NCBI RefSeq assembly: GCF_964204645.1
Contig: NC_134028.1
Span: forward strand, 6,014,001-6,078,000
DNA length: 64,000 nt
Reading direction: 5' to 3'
Origin: Tubulanus polymorphus
Lineage: Eukaryota > Animalia > Nemertea
Each line of letters opens with the position of its first letter. The stretch's first letter is position 1. Positions 52,701-64,000 of the stretch are shown piece after piece. The position numbers were made by a program, and so were the translations under genes. Below the pieces are notes generated by a model, which saw only the letters and a list, made by a program, of their open reading frames with translations, was not told where the DNA came from and searched no databases.

Positions 52701-55700
52701 TTTCAGAAAGTCAAAGCCCTTTTCAAAATCATGTTTTCTAACGAAACTGGAGGAATTTAATTCAATTTAAGCAAAATACCTGACGAAATCAATGTTTATA
52801 CTGAACAGTTTGATCAAATCTGGTCTTGTCTTAAATAAGCAAAACCACAATATTCGTGATTAAACAATAAATGTAAAATCCCACAATTGTTGAATGACTT
52901 AAAAAGGTTTATTCAAAAATACTCGAAATATTCCGGGTAGTTCCTACCACCCTTCTTCAGACTAAATCGATATGTTGGATAAATACACAGTAATGGTCTT
53001 GTCTTAACTGTGAAACTGCGCTGAAGTTTAAAGCTATACGGATCTCAGTTTCTCTAAACTAAAGCATTGTTTCTCAATGTTGAGGAAATTTAGAGCAATA
53101 CAAAAGGTTTTCAAGAGGATACTTCAATCTAAATCTAAATTCAGGTACAAAGACTACAATTAGCTTAATTTCACCTCCTCCTTATGTTTAATACCTGGAA
53201 ATGCTTTAAATGGTCTTCGTGTTCCCGTTTCTTTTGTTCGATCATCCTCCGTTTGAAACGATCTTCAAACACAATCTGCTGAGAGATCTCTTTCTCTTTT
53301 TTCTCTCTCATCATCTTCGATAATTTGTTTTTCTTTCGAGTTTCGGTCATCTAAAAATATACGCGATATTACTTTCAAGATAATGAACCTGATTTCGAAA
53401 ACAACGCAATTTTTTTCTTTCTATCTCACGTGGCATGTTTTAGAGTAGTTTAAAAGTTAAATCCTAATGGACTGGATAAAACAATCAGATTCTGACTTGA
53501 ATATTTCAGTTTTTTAGTTTTAGTTTAGTTTGTTGCTCCACAAGTAATTTCATTGCACAGAGGACAAAGATACAGAAAAAATTACAATTAAGTGGAATGG
53601 TAATATCTAAATTCGATGTATAGCCTTGTTTGTAATTCAATGTTAGATAATAATATTGTAGCTCTATACATAACAACAATTTTGTATGTCATACAAAATA
53701 ACTGTCAAGCAGCTAAGGCGCTTGCCCTTTTACATCTAACAATTTTTTCCAACTTATTTTCTGTTGAAGTGAATACACAACAATTTCAATAAAATGGAAT
53801 GGCAATATCAAAATTCGATCAACAATGGAATGTCAAATAACAAGTATAAACAAAACAACAGTCATATATGATGTAGTATAGATATTAAGTATATTTTTTT
53901 TCAGAGTGGACCAGATACCAAGTATAGACAGCCAGAGAAATTTGAATTGTTACAAGAAGAGTTTTACCAGAGTCTTCTATACCTGTATTTTATTGTTTAT
54001 CTCTTTAGTTTTTAGATCTTGCTCGGCTTCCATGGCTGTGATGTTTAACTGACGTTGCACGGATCGATTGTCGTTCAATTTCACTCGAGTGTCCAACATG
54101 TGACGACCCTCTGTTCAAAAAATATAATAACGTTAAACCTCCCCCGGCGAAATACAATATTTGTAAGAAGTTGACAGGTTAATTATGAATATCGGTCGTT
54201 CCTGCATAAAAGGAGTCTTCAAGGATTTTCTAAGGTGAAAATCATATCCCAACTACGGTAGGCTCCTCCTTCAGTCCTGAATCGGTACTGTTTTTTCACA
54301 GTAAAGCATTAATTCAATGGTTGGGAAAATAAAAAATCCTAGTCCCAACTGTACCTATCTAGGCATAGTTGACTGCACAATTATTTATTACCAATTGCCT
54401 AATTCTCAAAATTGAAGGAATTTTTAAGGAATTTTGGGCATTAAATGAGTTTCAACCACCTTTAAAAGTATTTTCAGTTTAGAAGGAGTTTTTAAGGAAT
54501 TGTAGGGACCCTGTTATATATAACACACCTTCTCTAGTTTTCATTGACGTTTTTGATTTCATCCGCTCTAAATTTGCGCTCAATCTTCGTTTAGTCGTAT
54601 CAGCAACCTTGACATCACTGTCACTCTTTCTAAAAGGGGAATAAATACACATACAACATGCGCTGTCGACTTCTTATATGTCTTAAAGCCGTTTTCTTTT
54701 ACTCACCCTAATTTGTTATCTAAATCTTTATCAACAGTTTTATCATCCTCAATTTTCATTTGGTTAGATTTCTTTTTATCCCTAGAAATTAAATGTTGTA
54801 TGGTTATACAAATAGGTTCCTTTCCTCAAGGCATCAAGGTGTGGCAGTCGGTAGGGACCATTAGCGAGTTACTTTTCGTTCAACACTCACTTAGCAGCAT
54901 CTGATTTCATTTCTCTGCCTTTCTGTGCCTCCATATTGAGTTCAATGGCTAAATCCGCTAATTCCTGTTTCAGTTTGAATTGTTCTTCCTAAAAAACGAC
55001 ACAGCACAAAAAAATTGATAAAAAGCCAGTAGATTCTCGAAGTTCCAGAATACCTGAGAGGCAGGACTGAAGCTTTGAAAGATTCAATTGTTGCTCAAGA
55101 GTTAAGATTCTACCTCTCTCAGTTTTAGCTTGTGTTGAAATTCGCGTACGAGGCGGTCCGCTTCGACCTCTTTCAAACCCAATTCGTCGGCTTTTGAACG
55201 AAATTTTCTGGCGAGATTCGAACTGAAAAAAAATTTTCCGAAGGATAAAATTTTTGTCATATGCCAATCGGGAATTCATTCAAAAATTATGTACCGGGGT
55301 ACAAAGAAAATCTAATCATAAACATATTTACTGCGTATAAACTTACGTGGCAAGAAACACTTTTCTTTCCTTATCTTTATTCCCTTGTTCCGTCGTTTGG
55401 ACTTTTTCGATTCTCTGTTTATTAAGCTAGAAAGAGATGATTATTATCGTGATAATAGTACAAAATGATATTAGGCATTCTCGGATGGAGCTCATCCCAC
55501 AACTATACCCAAGAATAACATTGAGAGAAAATCAATAATATCGCTTTAAACACCAGTTATTGTTTTTCTTATGTTTTGCATGGAAACCACCCATCTTCAG
55601 AGTTTATAAGATTGTGGGTTTTCTCTCATTCATCAACACTGGAAACAGTCGCAATTATTTTGACCCAAGTTACCTCTTCTTTGGCGTGGGTGTGGTCCTG

Positions 55701-56903
55701 TTGGACTTTCGTGTATTTGTCTAAACTTTTACTGAGGCGTTTTTCTTCTTCCCACCATTTTTTGTTAATGCTCTGTTGATAATCTCTCATCGAACGTCTG
55801 ACCATTCTCTGATTTTTAAGTATGTCTCCCTCGACACGTTTCAATTCGCGTTCCTCTTGTTTATGCTTCCACATATGGTCCTGATGGAAATATAATTTAA
55901 ATTTCAATGAAGTCATCATTCAACTTCATTTTGGTATTTTGTAGGTGTTTTCATCCAAAGTTCCTTGAGTGATAAATTTCAGCAAAATCCTAGGCTGTCA
56001 TTGAAGATTTTTCAAAATTCATGAGACGCAGGGGCGGATATAGGGGTGGTCTCGAGGCCCGGACCACCAAGCTGCCAACTTGACGTTCATCCTCTTGAAA
56101 TTGCATCTTTTTGCATTCATTTCTAACAATGAGGGTGGGAATAATATTAAGCTAGAAAATATAAGCTAAAAGCGCCCTTTGACACGGCTGCTCATCAGAG
56201 AAATGGCTTTTCTTCTGGACCCCTGCCCATGCAGTAGGCATCAATTTCATTAGATAAGATTAGAATCAAATGCGCTTAACGATGTCTAATCTACATCTCT
56301 GAAATTTCAATTTTAACCCTAGACCTTAATCACAGTTTAAACTTATTACAAAATGGGCCAAGTAAAACGGTAAAGGGTATGATTTATAGAGTGATATCAA
56401 ACAAACCGCAATGATTTTCATCTGGTTTTCGAATTTTTTTCGATCGGCTTCGGCACTGATAGCTACATCGACAACAGAAACAGGCTTCTTCGCGGATCGC
56501 TCAAATCTCGCAGTTGTGATGAAACCAGACTTGCTCCCTTCACCGGGCACTCCGAACATTTTCTGCTGATCCCTAAAATCGATGAGTGAAAAATAAAAAA
56601 CTATGCGGTATCTAAAACCATGTACGTAAATACATAGTTTGCTGACTGCAACTGCTGAATAAAACCTCATATAGGTCCTAATAAGAAATTTGCCATTTGG
56701 GTACTTTGCAAAGATTAATTACTACGTTTATGATGTTAGAAATATGACGTATACACTTACTTGAGAAATTTTGCATATTCTTTACTGGAGTTTTTATTTT
56801 CGCCATCTTCGTCTTCAGAAACCTTTTCATTTGACTGATTGATTAAGGCATAACGGCTCTCGATCACAGAGGGTCGAGCAAATGGAAGATCGGTTAGCAC
56901 CAT
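43756..56903 (-). CDS. Uncharacterised charged coiled-coil protein, about 545 aa, 12 coding exons
   Basis: Exons 56903-56761, 56572-56407, 55880-55674, 55426-55347, 55222-55114, 54988-54891, 54781-54707, 54629-54529, 54110-53983, 53350-53195, 52522-52295, 43902-43756 (TGA). All are GT-AG and phase-compatible (1638 nt). The protein is E/K/R/Q-rich and helical. The distant last exon is the least certain part. Confidence 0.8.
44770..44942. mobile_element. Foldback element built from two inverted, decayed Penelope-type hammerhead-like arms
   Basis: atgaagtgaaaacccac...aactaaatgagaatttgacgttt...ttcaaaaact pairs with agtttttgaa...aaacgtcatattctcatttagtt...gtggtttttacttcat. Confidence 0.7.
45744..46035. 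mobile_element. hAT-like MITE (CAGGGGTGGATCC...GGATCCGCCTCTG)
   Basis: Imperfect 13-bp TIR with CAG ends. A relative starts at about 56028 (caggggcggata...). Confidence 0.6.
47130..47470. mobile_element. MITE-like element with 17-bp inverted repeat
   Basis: aactaacttgaaagttt / aaactttcaagttagtt, with an internal direct repeat gcactac(a/g)tcatcaata. Confidence 0.65.
51085..51126 (+). ncRNA. Degenerate minimal hammerhead motif (Penelope-like remnant)
   Basis: ACAC-CUGACGA-UGGUUGCUAGAAAGGGUCU-GAAAC-GUU-GUGU: core and 4-bp stem I present, stem II poorly paired, AATAAA about 20 nt downstream. Confidence 0.5.
52925..52967 (-). mobile_element. Degenerate hammerhead motif (Penelope-like remnant)
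   Basis: Minus strand CUGAAGA-A-GGGUGGU(AGGA)ACUACCC-GGAA: 7-bp stem II intact, GAAA box mutated to GGAA. Confidence 0.45.
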
Positions 56904-57199
56904 GATGATTTAGATAAATGACAAAATACACTAAATCTCAAAGAAACCTAAAAAATGATTTGAGATTGAGGTTTAAAACATTGACTTTTTAATGGCAATT
57001 CATTCAATACGCTTCATTATCATTATTCTATGAAGTAATTGCTAGATGTAATTGTTATAGTTCAAAATGGGATTAAAAAATGATATTTATTAAACAAAAA
57101 GTACCTGAGAAAAAATATTGTTTTCATTGGAGACCGCTGAACATGTGTGATTGACAGGTGCTTAATTGATAATCTCGACGGGAGAAAATTGAAAAACGA

Positions 57200-57624
57200 G
57201 TATTCTTGCTTATGTGTACGTAAAATACAAATTCTAGGCAATGAAAATAGGTTATCCTTTGTAAATTGACTGACGGTAATATTTCAAAATGTTCTAAAAA
57301 TGTATATAAGTTAAATAATTAATTTTAGGGAGATTATCAATTAAGGACAGTGACATCTACAGGCCAAAACTGTAACTAATAGGCGACGGCCCTAGCAACT
57401 GAAGTTTTTAATACGCACTTGACAACAGCCCCCTTTCATAATTCTTGAAGCATATTAAATCATGAATCTAGAATTATAGAGTATTTTATCATTCAGCAAC
57501 CGAAATGGCATATTAATCTTGAAATATCACCCAAATTAGCCTTGCGCTTGCGCACTATATTGAACGCGTCGATACTCGAAGCGTCATGAACTGAGTGAGG
57601 CGGCTCTCGATGTAAACATTGAAA
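57200..57624. promoter_or_regulatory. Putative bidirectional promoter between the coiled-coil gene and CFAP299
   Basis: The divergent ATGs are about 720 nt apart. There is an RFX X-box half site CCTAGCAAC (57391-57399) and an NRF1-like TGCGCTTGCGCA (57543-57554). Confidence 0.5.
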
Positions 57625-59359
57625 ATGGAGGAAGAAGTCGCTGGTGGAAGTGACAATATTGTCACCGAATTTAGTACATACGAAGATTTCCTCGACTCAC
57701 AAATCACATCTTTAGATCTTTACTACCTTGAGGTATGAGACATTCATCAAGAAATGTTAACCAATTAAATTACACACCTATGTCAATCCAAATCAATAAT
57801 GACATTGATAGGCCTAATGTTAATGAATGTGTAATGTGTTTGTCCCCACACTCGAGTGTCTGTCCTCTTCCCCATCAAGCTAGATTTTATCTACGCAAAT
57901 GCTGTATTTTTTACAAAAGATTTTTTGTTTTCTGACATTTGTCACCTAACACATTGATTACCCTCCCATCCCACAATCACTAAGCAGTTCCTACTGCAAA
58001 CACCAAGCTAATATTAGTCCTATTGCTAAATCTTTCTATTTATAAGGATGAGGAGTTAGCTCGTCAACTAGTCGAACTGGGTTACAGAGGTAGCGGGGAA
58101 GTGCTGAAAAGAGAGGAGTTCGAAGCAAGAAAACAAGCAGCTGAAGCTAGTAGATTGTCAAAAAGAAGCCAACAAAAGTATGTATGAAACATCATAGGCC
58201 TAACCACCCAAATGACTAAATTCTCATCTCAAAATGCATCGAAGTATTGATATTTTTTCTTACAAAAAGGACTTTAGCAAGTTCAGGAAAAGAATTGAAA
58301 GACTCATTTTTAAAAGCATTGGCACAAAGAGAAGAAGCAAATCGAAGTGGAAAAATGACAGTAAGTTTCTGAGGCCCTGAATTGATCTTAATCAGATACA
58401 AATAGTCAATACAAAAAGTAAGTCATAAAAATGGTTCTTGATTTCATTTTTCAGTCGATAATTTTCATTAGAGATAAAAATTCCCGAGGTCAGGAAATAT
58501 CGGGATACATAGATTACGCGCACAGATTAAAAACGGAAGATTTTGAGCCTTATTTCGCCGGAAGAAAAAGACTATTAGCAAGACCATCAGATTTAAGGTA
58601 GGCCTAGAAGCCATGAAGCATTTTGACGAAACTTAAAACTCACTACGTGCAATTAACATTTTGAATATTCTTCTACAAGTTTCTACAACTGGGAAACGCA
58701 AACTTCGACATCGAATCCGACTCCGAACTACCAAGTCATTGCAGAGAATGCATCGGGTCTTTTATTCAAGAACAAACGTGATCGGAAAATATTGAATGTC
58801 GACCCAAAGGTATGAAACTCATTCAGTGTTCCTACAACACCTTGATTCCTATAAAACTCCTTCAAAATGCAAAATGCTTACAAAGGTGCTTGAAACTCCT
58901 GTAATTTGAACTAAGTGCCCATAAACATAACTCTTACTACCCCTAAATCGATACAGTTGAGGTCTTAATTTTCCTTTTACCCATTGAGGTTACTGAATGA
59001 GAAACCATGTTTAGGTAGTGTAAATGATACAAATTTGTTTACGAAACCACCGAACTAATGAGATTAACCCCACTGATTTAGAAGGAGTCTACAGTAATCG
59101 GGATATGAAAGTGATGCAAACACTTCCTCGAAATTTTTAACATTCTCCTTTCAAACTCCTTATATCCAGGAACATGACTGATCTTAATAGGAACTCTGTG
59201 ATTAAAACATAACCTTTTTTCGTCTTCAAGACTTTCACTCTTTTTTTATTTGTCTTTCAGGCTGCATCACCCGGAGATAATTCAACTCGAACTGCTATTG
59301 AGACTATGAAGTATACACAAGTCGTTATCTATGACCACATTACTAGACGAAAAACATGA
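57625..59359 (+). CDS. CFAP299: Cilia- and flagella-associated protein 299 (C4orf22, DUF4464), 233 aa; absent from the ORF track because its exons are short
   Basis: Exons 57625-57732, 58047-58177, 58270-58360, 58455-58597, 58680-58809, 59261-59359. Peptides [113 protein letters not shown] and PGDNSTR...[12 protein letters not shown]. Confidence 0.95.
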
Positions 59360-59745
59360 GGATGAATATTCCTAGAAAAATACAAAAATATATATTCAAA
59401 AAGACGATCGTGATCGAATATTTCACTACTGGAAACTTTTGATGCTGTGGAGAAGCGAGAAACAGCGACTTAAAAGTTTTCTTGGACAATGAAAATTATT
59501 TCCCCCCCTCGCTGATGAGGTATTTGTTATTTCTATCAGATAGTCTATTCTCGACTTATTAAGTAATGAATAAATTTTAAATCAGTGAAATGCGATGTGA
59601 ACTTAAGTTTTTTCCTTCTTCCTGGGCAGCAGTGACAAAATTCACTAAGGATTTGGAATTTTTATGCACAGTCGTTTATTACATATTCTAAAAAAAAAAT
59701 ATCTATACATAAATACAAAAGCTCCATCGATATTCGACATTGTTC

Positions 59746-62700
59746 TTAAAATTCAGGAATATTGCTTTCATTTTCCACATGAAACAGTATGTCGGCCAGA
59801 GCATGTTCAATCATTGCCTCGGATGTCACTTCTGATAACTGTAAGAATAAACAAACAAATTATTTTTTCATTGATTCCATAAACATCAATACTTTAAAAG
59901 GCCTGCATTTCTAGTCGATACGTACTGGTTTATATTCTTCGAGTCCTTCAGGTGGAAATTTAAATTCCGGTCCAAAATTCATGGTGACCGTCGCATTCTT
60001 ATATAACGATACAGTGGGGTAGTAATTCCCTTCGTAAATATCGTCACAGACCATGCCTTGCGATTTGCCGTTCTTGAAGAATATTATCTGTAATAAAAGG
60101 CAAGGTTTGTTGTTCATTGTTTGTCTTCAGACTCGGGGATGTCCTTTCAATCATATTGGAAAGGTTGGCAAATTTTGTACAAAATGAACAAAATTATCAT
60201 TATTAACGTGAAAGACCCAATTTTGCTCTACTGTTGTGGGAATTAACTGCTTGGAAGTCGGATAAATACATTGTAAAAGGAAGTGATTGGCAGTAAAGTT
60301 GAACATTTTACCCTAATCCTGGAGTTTGAATCCATCCGATCCAAAAAGCCATTTTCATACCTTGCTGTTTTTAAGAACTTTCAAGTTCTTCTCCGTTTCC
60401 GATACGTAATCTTTTTCCTCGTAGTACAAGTTGTTTTTGAATTTGACCAGTGGCTAAAATCAAAATAACACAATACAAATATTACAATCATCATACGAGT
60501 CGTAAGGTGTTTTTATTGAAGCTAGTCGTATCAAGAAACTACTAGTAATTTACTCCGTCGATTACTATCACTATAATAGATGACCATGACCATTACTATC
60601 AATTTAAAAGATGACCACGGCCATACTCTAGACCTGTAACCTGAAATTTCAGCGATTAAAAAACTATTCTGTTTTTTGGTCTATCGACGTTCTCTATAGT
60701 CACAGGTGCCATCTTGCAAATCAAAGCGGTGAGGATCGATTTGGCTGTGTTGGGTAATCGACGCATTGGCAATTTGATTATTTAAATGGACAAATCAATG
60801 TAGGCGATTGTTGATTGAATAATTGAACGATTCATTCAGTGATATGAGTTGCTTAAATCAAAACGCCTAACCATAGTTTACGGCGAGACGGACACATACC
60901 TTGTCCTTATACACAGTCGGTAGAAGTTTCGAAGCATCAGTGGGCCAGGGTAGTTCGATATAGAATCCTAATACATCGCCCTCTCCGTATTCCTCCGAGT
61001 AATGTTTGCCGCGACTTTGATGAAAAAACGTGCCCTTCCGCGATCTCCACGAATAACTGAATTTATCGTAGCCGCACGGAGCCTGCAGGTTTCCTGTTTC
61101 CAGAATCAATTCGAAAGAAACAAATCATGAATCTATACACAGCATAACTCGAAAGGTCAACACCCCACAAGACTATCTAACACGTTTGTCGTTATTATTG
61201 TGGTTATGCCAGCTTATATAGATACAGAAGATTTCAATTGAAGGGCATACTGCAAATACTTGACGAATATATACGAAACAAAGAGAAAAAGATTTGTTAC
61301 CTAAATGCTGTGACCATCCGATTCTTGTAGCGCTTTCAGCGGGTAGTTCATCTAAATTGACCTCGAAATACCAGCGACCTTTATTCACGCCTGAATAGGA
61401 AAAGGAATCAAATTTCTTAAGAATCAACAAAAAATAATAAGAACTCATACAATAAGCAACTACCGGTAAGCTAGAAATAAAGACTCATTAAATTCCTGAA
61501 CGTCGAACTGACTGAAGGATTTGATAAAATGACTAGATTGATAATGCAATGGGAAGTATCTACGGTATAAGTTCACTACGTACTGTGAGTAGCACGAACC
61601 ATACTGTATCCTTTTTCTCCTGTAACCGTAAAACGATCGTCGGAAATCTTCAACTGCGGAGCTGAAAAAAAATGAATCACAAGAAAATGAGAAAACCTGT
61701 CATCAGTCCATCTTTTTGACAAACGCATACCGGTATTAAGCCTGTAGTAGTGTACCGAAAATAAACATACAGTGGGTCGAGTTTCCCTCAAGCTAATCAT
61801 TGCTAGCCACTGGAGAGAAATGTCATACTGTATTTTGATTGTCAATCAGAATATCATTTATGGTCCACTTATACCTTATTCAAAACTGATCTGTAGTTCT
61901 TGGTTAAAATCAGCTAATATACATTGTATTTGTAATGCAACGTTTAATCCTGATTTCTCATGAACCGGATGAATTTCATCGGTTCCAAATGAACCGAATT
62001 AAAAAGAATCTACCACCATCTACCGTATATTTACCTCGATCGTGTAACGCTAAAAGCACTTGAGAACCTATGAACATTCTGTAGAGATAACCGGGTATAG
62101 GCTTACCGGCCCATTCGTTACTCTCGTCGAAAGCCTGTCGTCCGGGCGCGTGAGGATCCGATTCGGCGAGGTAATATCGGTATCCGTCTTTGTTGAACGG
62201 ATGCTCGAGGGGGTAGCCGTGCGGCGCGAGTTTAGCTGTCATCGATAGGTCCCTGCAACGAGAAATCAACGGTAAGATCAAAACTCTCTCAAGTTTCTTT
62301 TAGAGACCGTCGGTGGAATATCATATTCACGCGTAATACCCTCGTTTGATTTTCGACCCGGTCTGCGATTGTAATTCGGCGGCTTTTCTTTTAGCGCCAC
62401 GAGTTCGAACTGAAATAGAGACCGTACATAATTATAAATTCAATTTTCTGAATTGATCAAATGTTTCAACTTTACTTACTGTCGCTCGCTGTCCCGGACT
62501 TCGCATCTCCAGGTTTCGCGAACGCCAACGCTGCTTTCAAACTGTCGTAATTCGGGCCGAGTTTAGAGATTTCCTAAGCAAATATCAATCAGTACGGAAT
62601 ATGCATTCGATTTGTATTACGAAAATAAATCCTTTGAAATAAGGACAGAGTTTTCCACATTATAGCAACAAATTCCCTGAGTAAATCTGAGGAATTTTTC

Positions 62701-63974
62701 GGGTTAAAACGTTGCAATTTTATTCATTTTTTATGAATCACTTTTTGATAAAGAAATGCGTGGTCAATGACATACAGAAATTCCCAGAGTTTCCCTGATT
62801 TTTCTGATTCCTTGAGTTTTCCAAGTCAGTGGCCAACCTGTGCTAAAATGTAACCTACCGCATTGATCAGTCCGAAGTTTTGATCAGAACAGTGATACAG
62901 CTCTTCGCAAAGGAAAATATCAGTATCTTTCAACTGAAAAGAAAGAAAAAACATGAAAATTGAGCTCAGCCGAGTAAGGAGAACTCTCTAAGCAGTCTAA
63001 AAAAATTCTAATAAAAGCCTTGGATATGAAACAATGGTTACATATGTGCCATCAATTATCACATTATAACCAGATTCGCAGTATGACAAATTTTCGTAGG
63101 TCATTTAGAACGTACCATAGTTTTAGCGACTGTGTTATGCCAGGTTAGTTTCGTTCTACGTGGCATCGACGTTAGACTTTCCCAATGTTTGTTAATGAAT
63201 GGAATTATTTCCTGAAATACAGAAAAAGAAATACCCATCGTTTATAAACAGCGAACAAGGTTATGTCATTGAGATGTTTCGAATTTTCTCTAGTAAAAAT
63301 CGATCAAAATTCACATTCTATTTACTAGATTCAATTTCAAAGACACATCTACATTAAAAAGCTTGTTTTTCAAGCGAAAACTGGCCGTAGAACTCAGTGA
63401 TTCTTTTCTACTATAGTTCAAACTTGAATCAAACTTACTCTTTCTTTCGAGAACATTCGTCTATCCGGGTGTTGGGCTTGCAGATTTGCCACAGCAGTTT
63501 GACACATTTGACTAAAACCTTTCAAAATGAAACGAATTTCTAGTTGAATAATAATAACAATGTGTCTTACACGGGGTTACATCGAGAAAAGCTACTCAGA
63601 GCGCTTTACATTAAGTTGAATTTGTTCGTAGTTTACATTACCCAAAACACCGGGGAATGCAATACGAATGTGGGTGTTCACTTACTGGCTTGTTTCTTTG
63701 AGAAACTTTCGAGACCGTTAGGATTGCACATCTTACAGAAAAACTGATAGTTCGTCATGAACGGTACACAATTTCTGAAAATCAAGTGAAATATACGATG
63801 AATCTACCCTAAATAAACAAAAAAATCAAATGCTCTTCTTATAAAATCTCTCATTTAATATACTGTCAGAGTCCACTCTTTCTAAAGCCACTGCTTACTT
63901 TACGCCAACATTTTTCAGATAACAAATTTGCTTAATCCAACTCAAATACAATGAAACCATCATTCTTTATAACG
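59746..63974 (-). CDS. ASH2L: Set1/Ash2 histone methyltransferase complex subunit ASH2L, 5'-truncated by the window edge
   Basis: Exons approximately 63974-63899, 63774-63686, 63511-63439, 63211-63116, 62933-62859, 62573-62480, 62409-62340, 62252-62035, 61661-61584, 61390-61301, 61093-60900, 60453-60361, 60087-59925, 59838-59746. Peptides [99 protein letters not shown] (SPRY) and the C-terminal DPY30-binding helix. Confidence 0.97.
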
Positions 63975-64000
63975 CTAAATATGTTTTATCGCCATGTTTT

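Noticed and set aside
61607-61615. GTATCCTT as a U12-type 5' splice site
   Set aside because: It lies on the strand opposite an ASH2L exon; all modelled introns have ordinary GT-AG ends.

Overview
Eukaryotic, intron-rich, AT-rich metazoan DNA, most likely a marine invertebrate (a spiralian is my guess; the species cannot be determined from sequence alone). I reconstructed eight spliced protein-coding genes by hand from GT-AG junctions and frame continuity. In order they are: the 3' part of ZSWIM8 (+), ALYREF/THOC4 (-), a claudin/PMP22-superfamily gene (+), a hydroxylysine-kinase-like gene (-), BMP3/GDF10 (-), an unrecognised 545-aa coiled-coil gene (-), CFAP299/C4orf22 (+) and the 3' part of ASH2L (-). 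Most entries in the supplied ORF track are exon read-throughs or chance ORFs. The non-coding DNA holds many small foldback/MITE-like elements, tRNA-derived SINE remnants, a long (TA)n array and several Penelope-type minimal hammerhead ribozyme motifs, one of which looks intact (40455-40498). The best leads are the BMP3-CFAP299 linkage that mirrors human 4q21, the anomalous 8.4-kb last intron of the intervening gene, paired Smad composite sites upstream of BMP3, the hammerheads, and the orphan coiled-coil gene head-to-head with CFAP299. I found no prokaryotic-type system, CRISPR array, rRNA or intact transposase, and nothing I can assert is a wholly new system.
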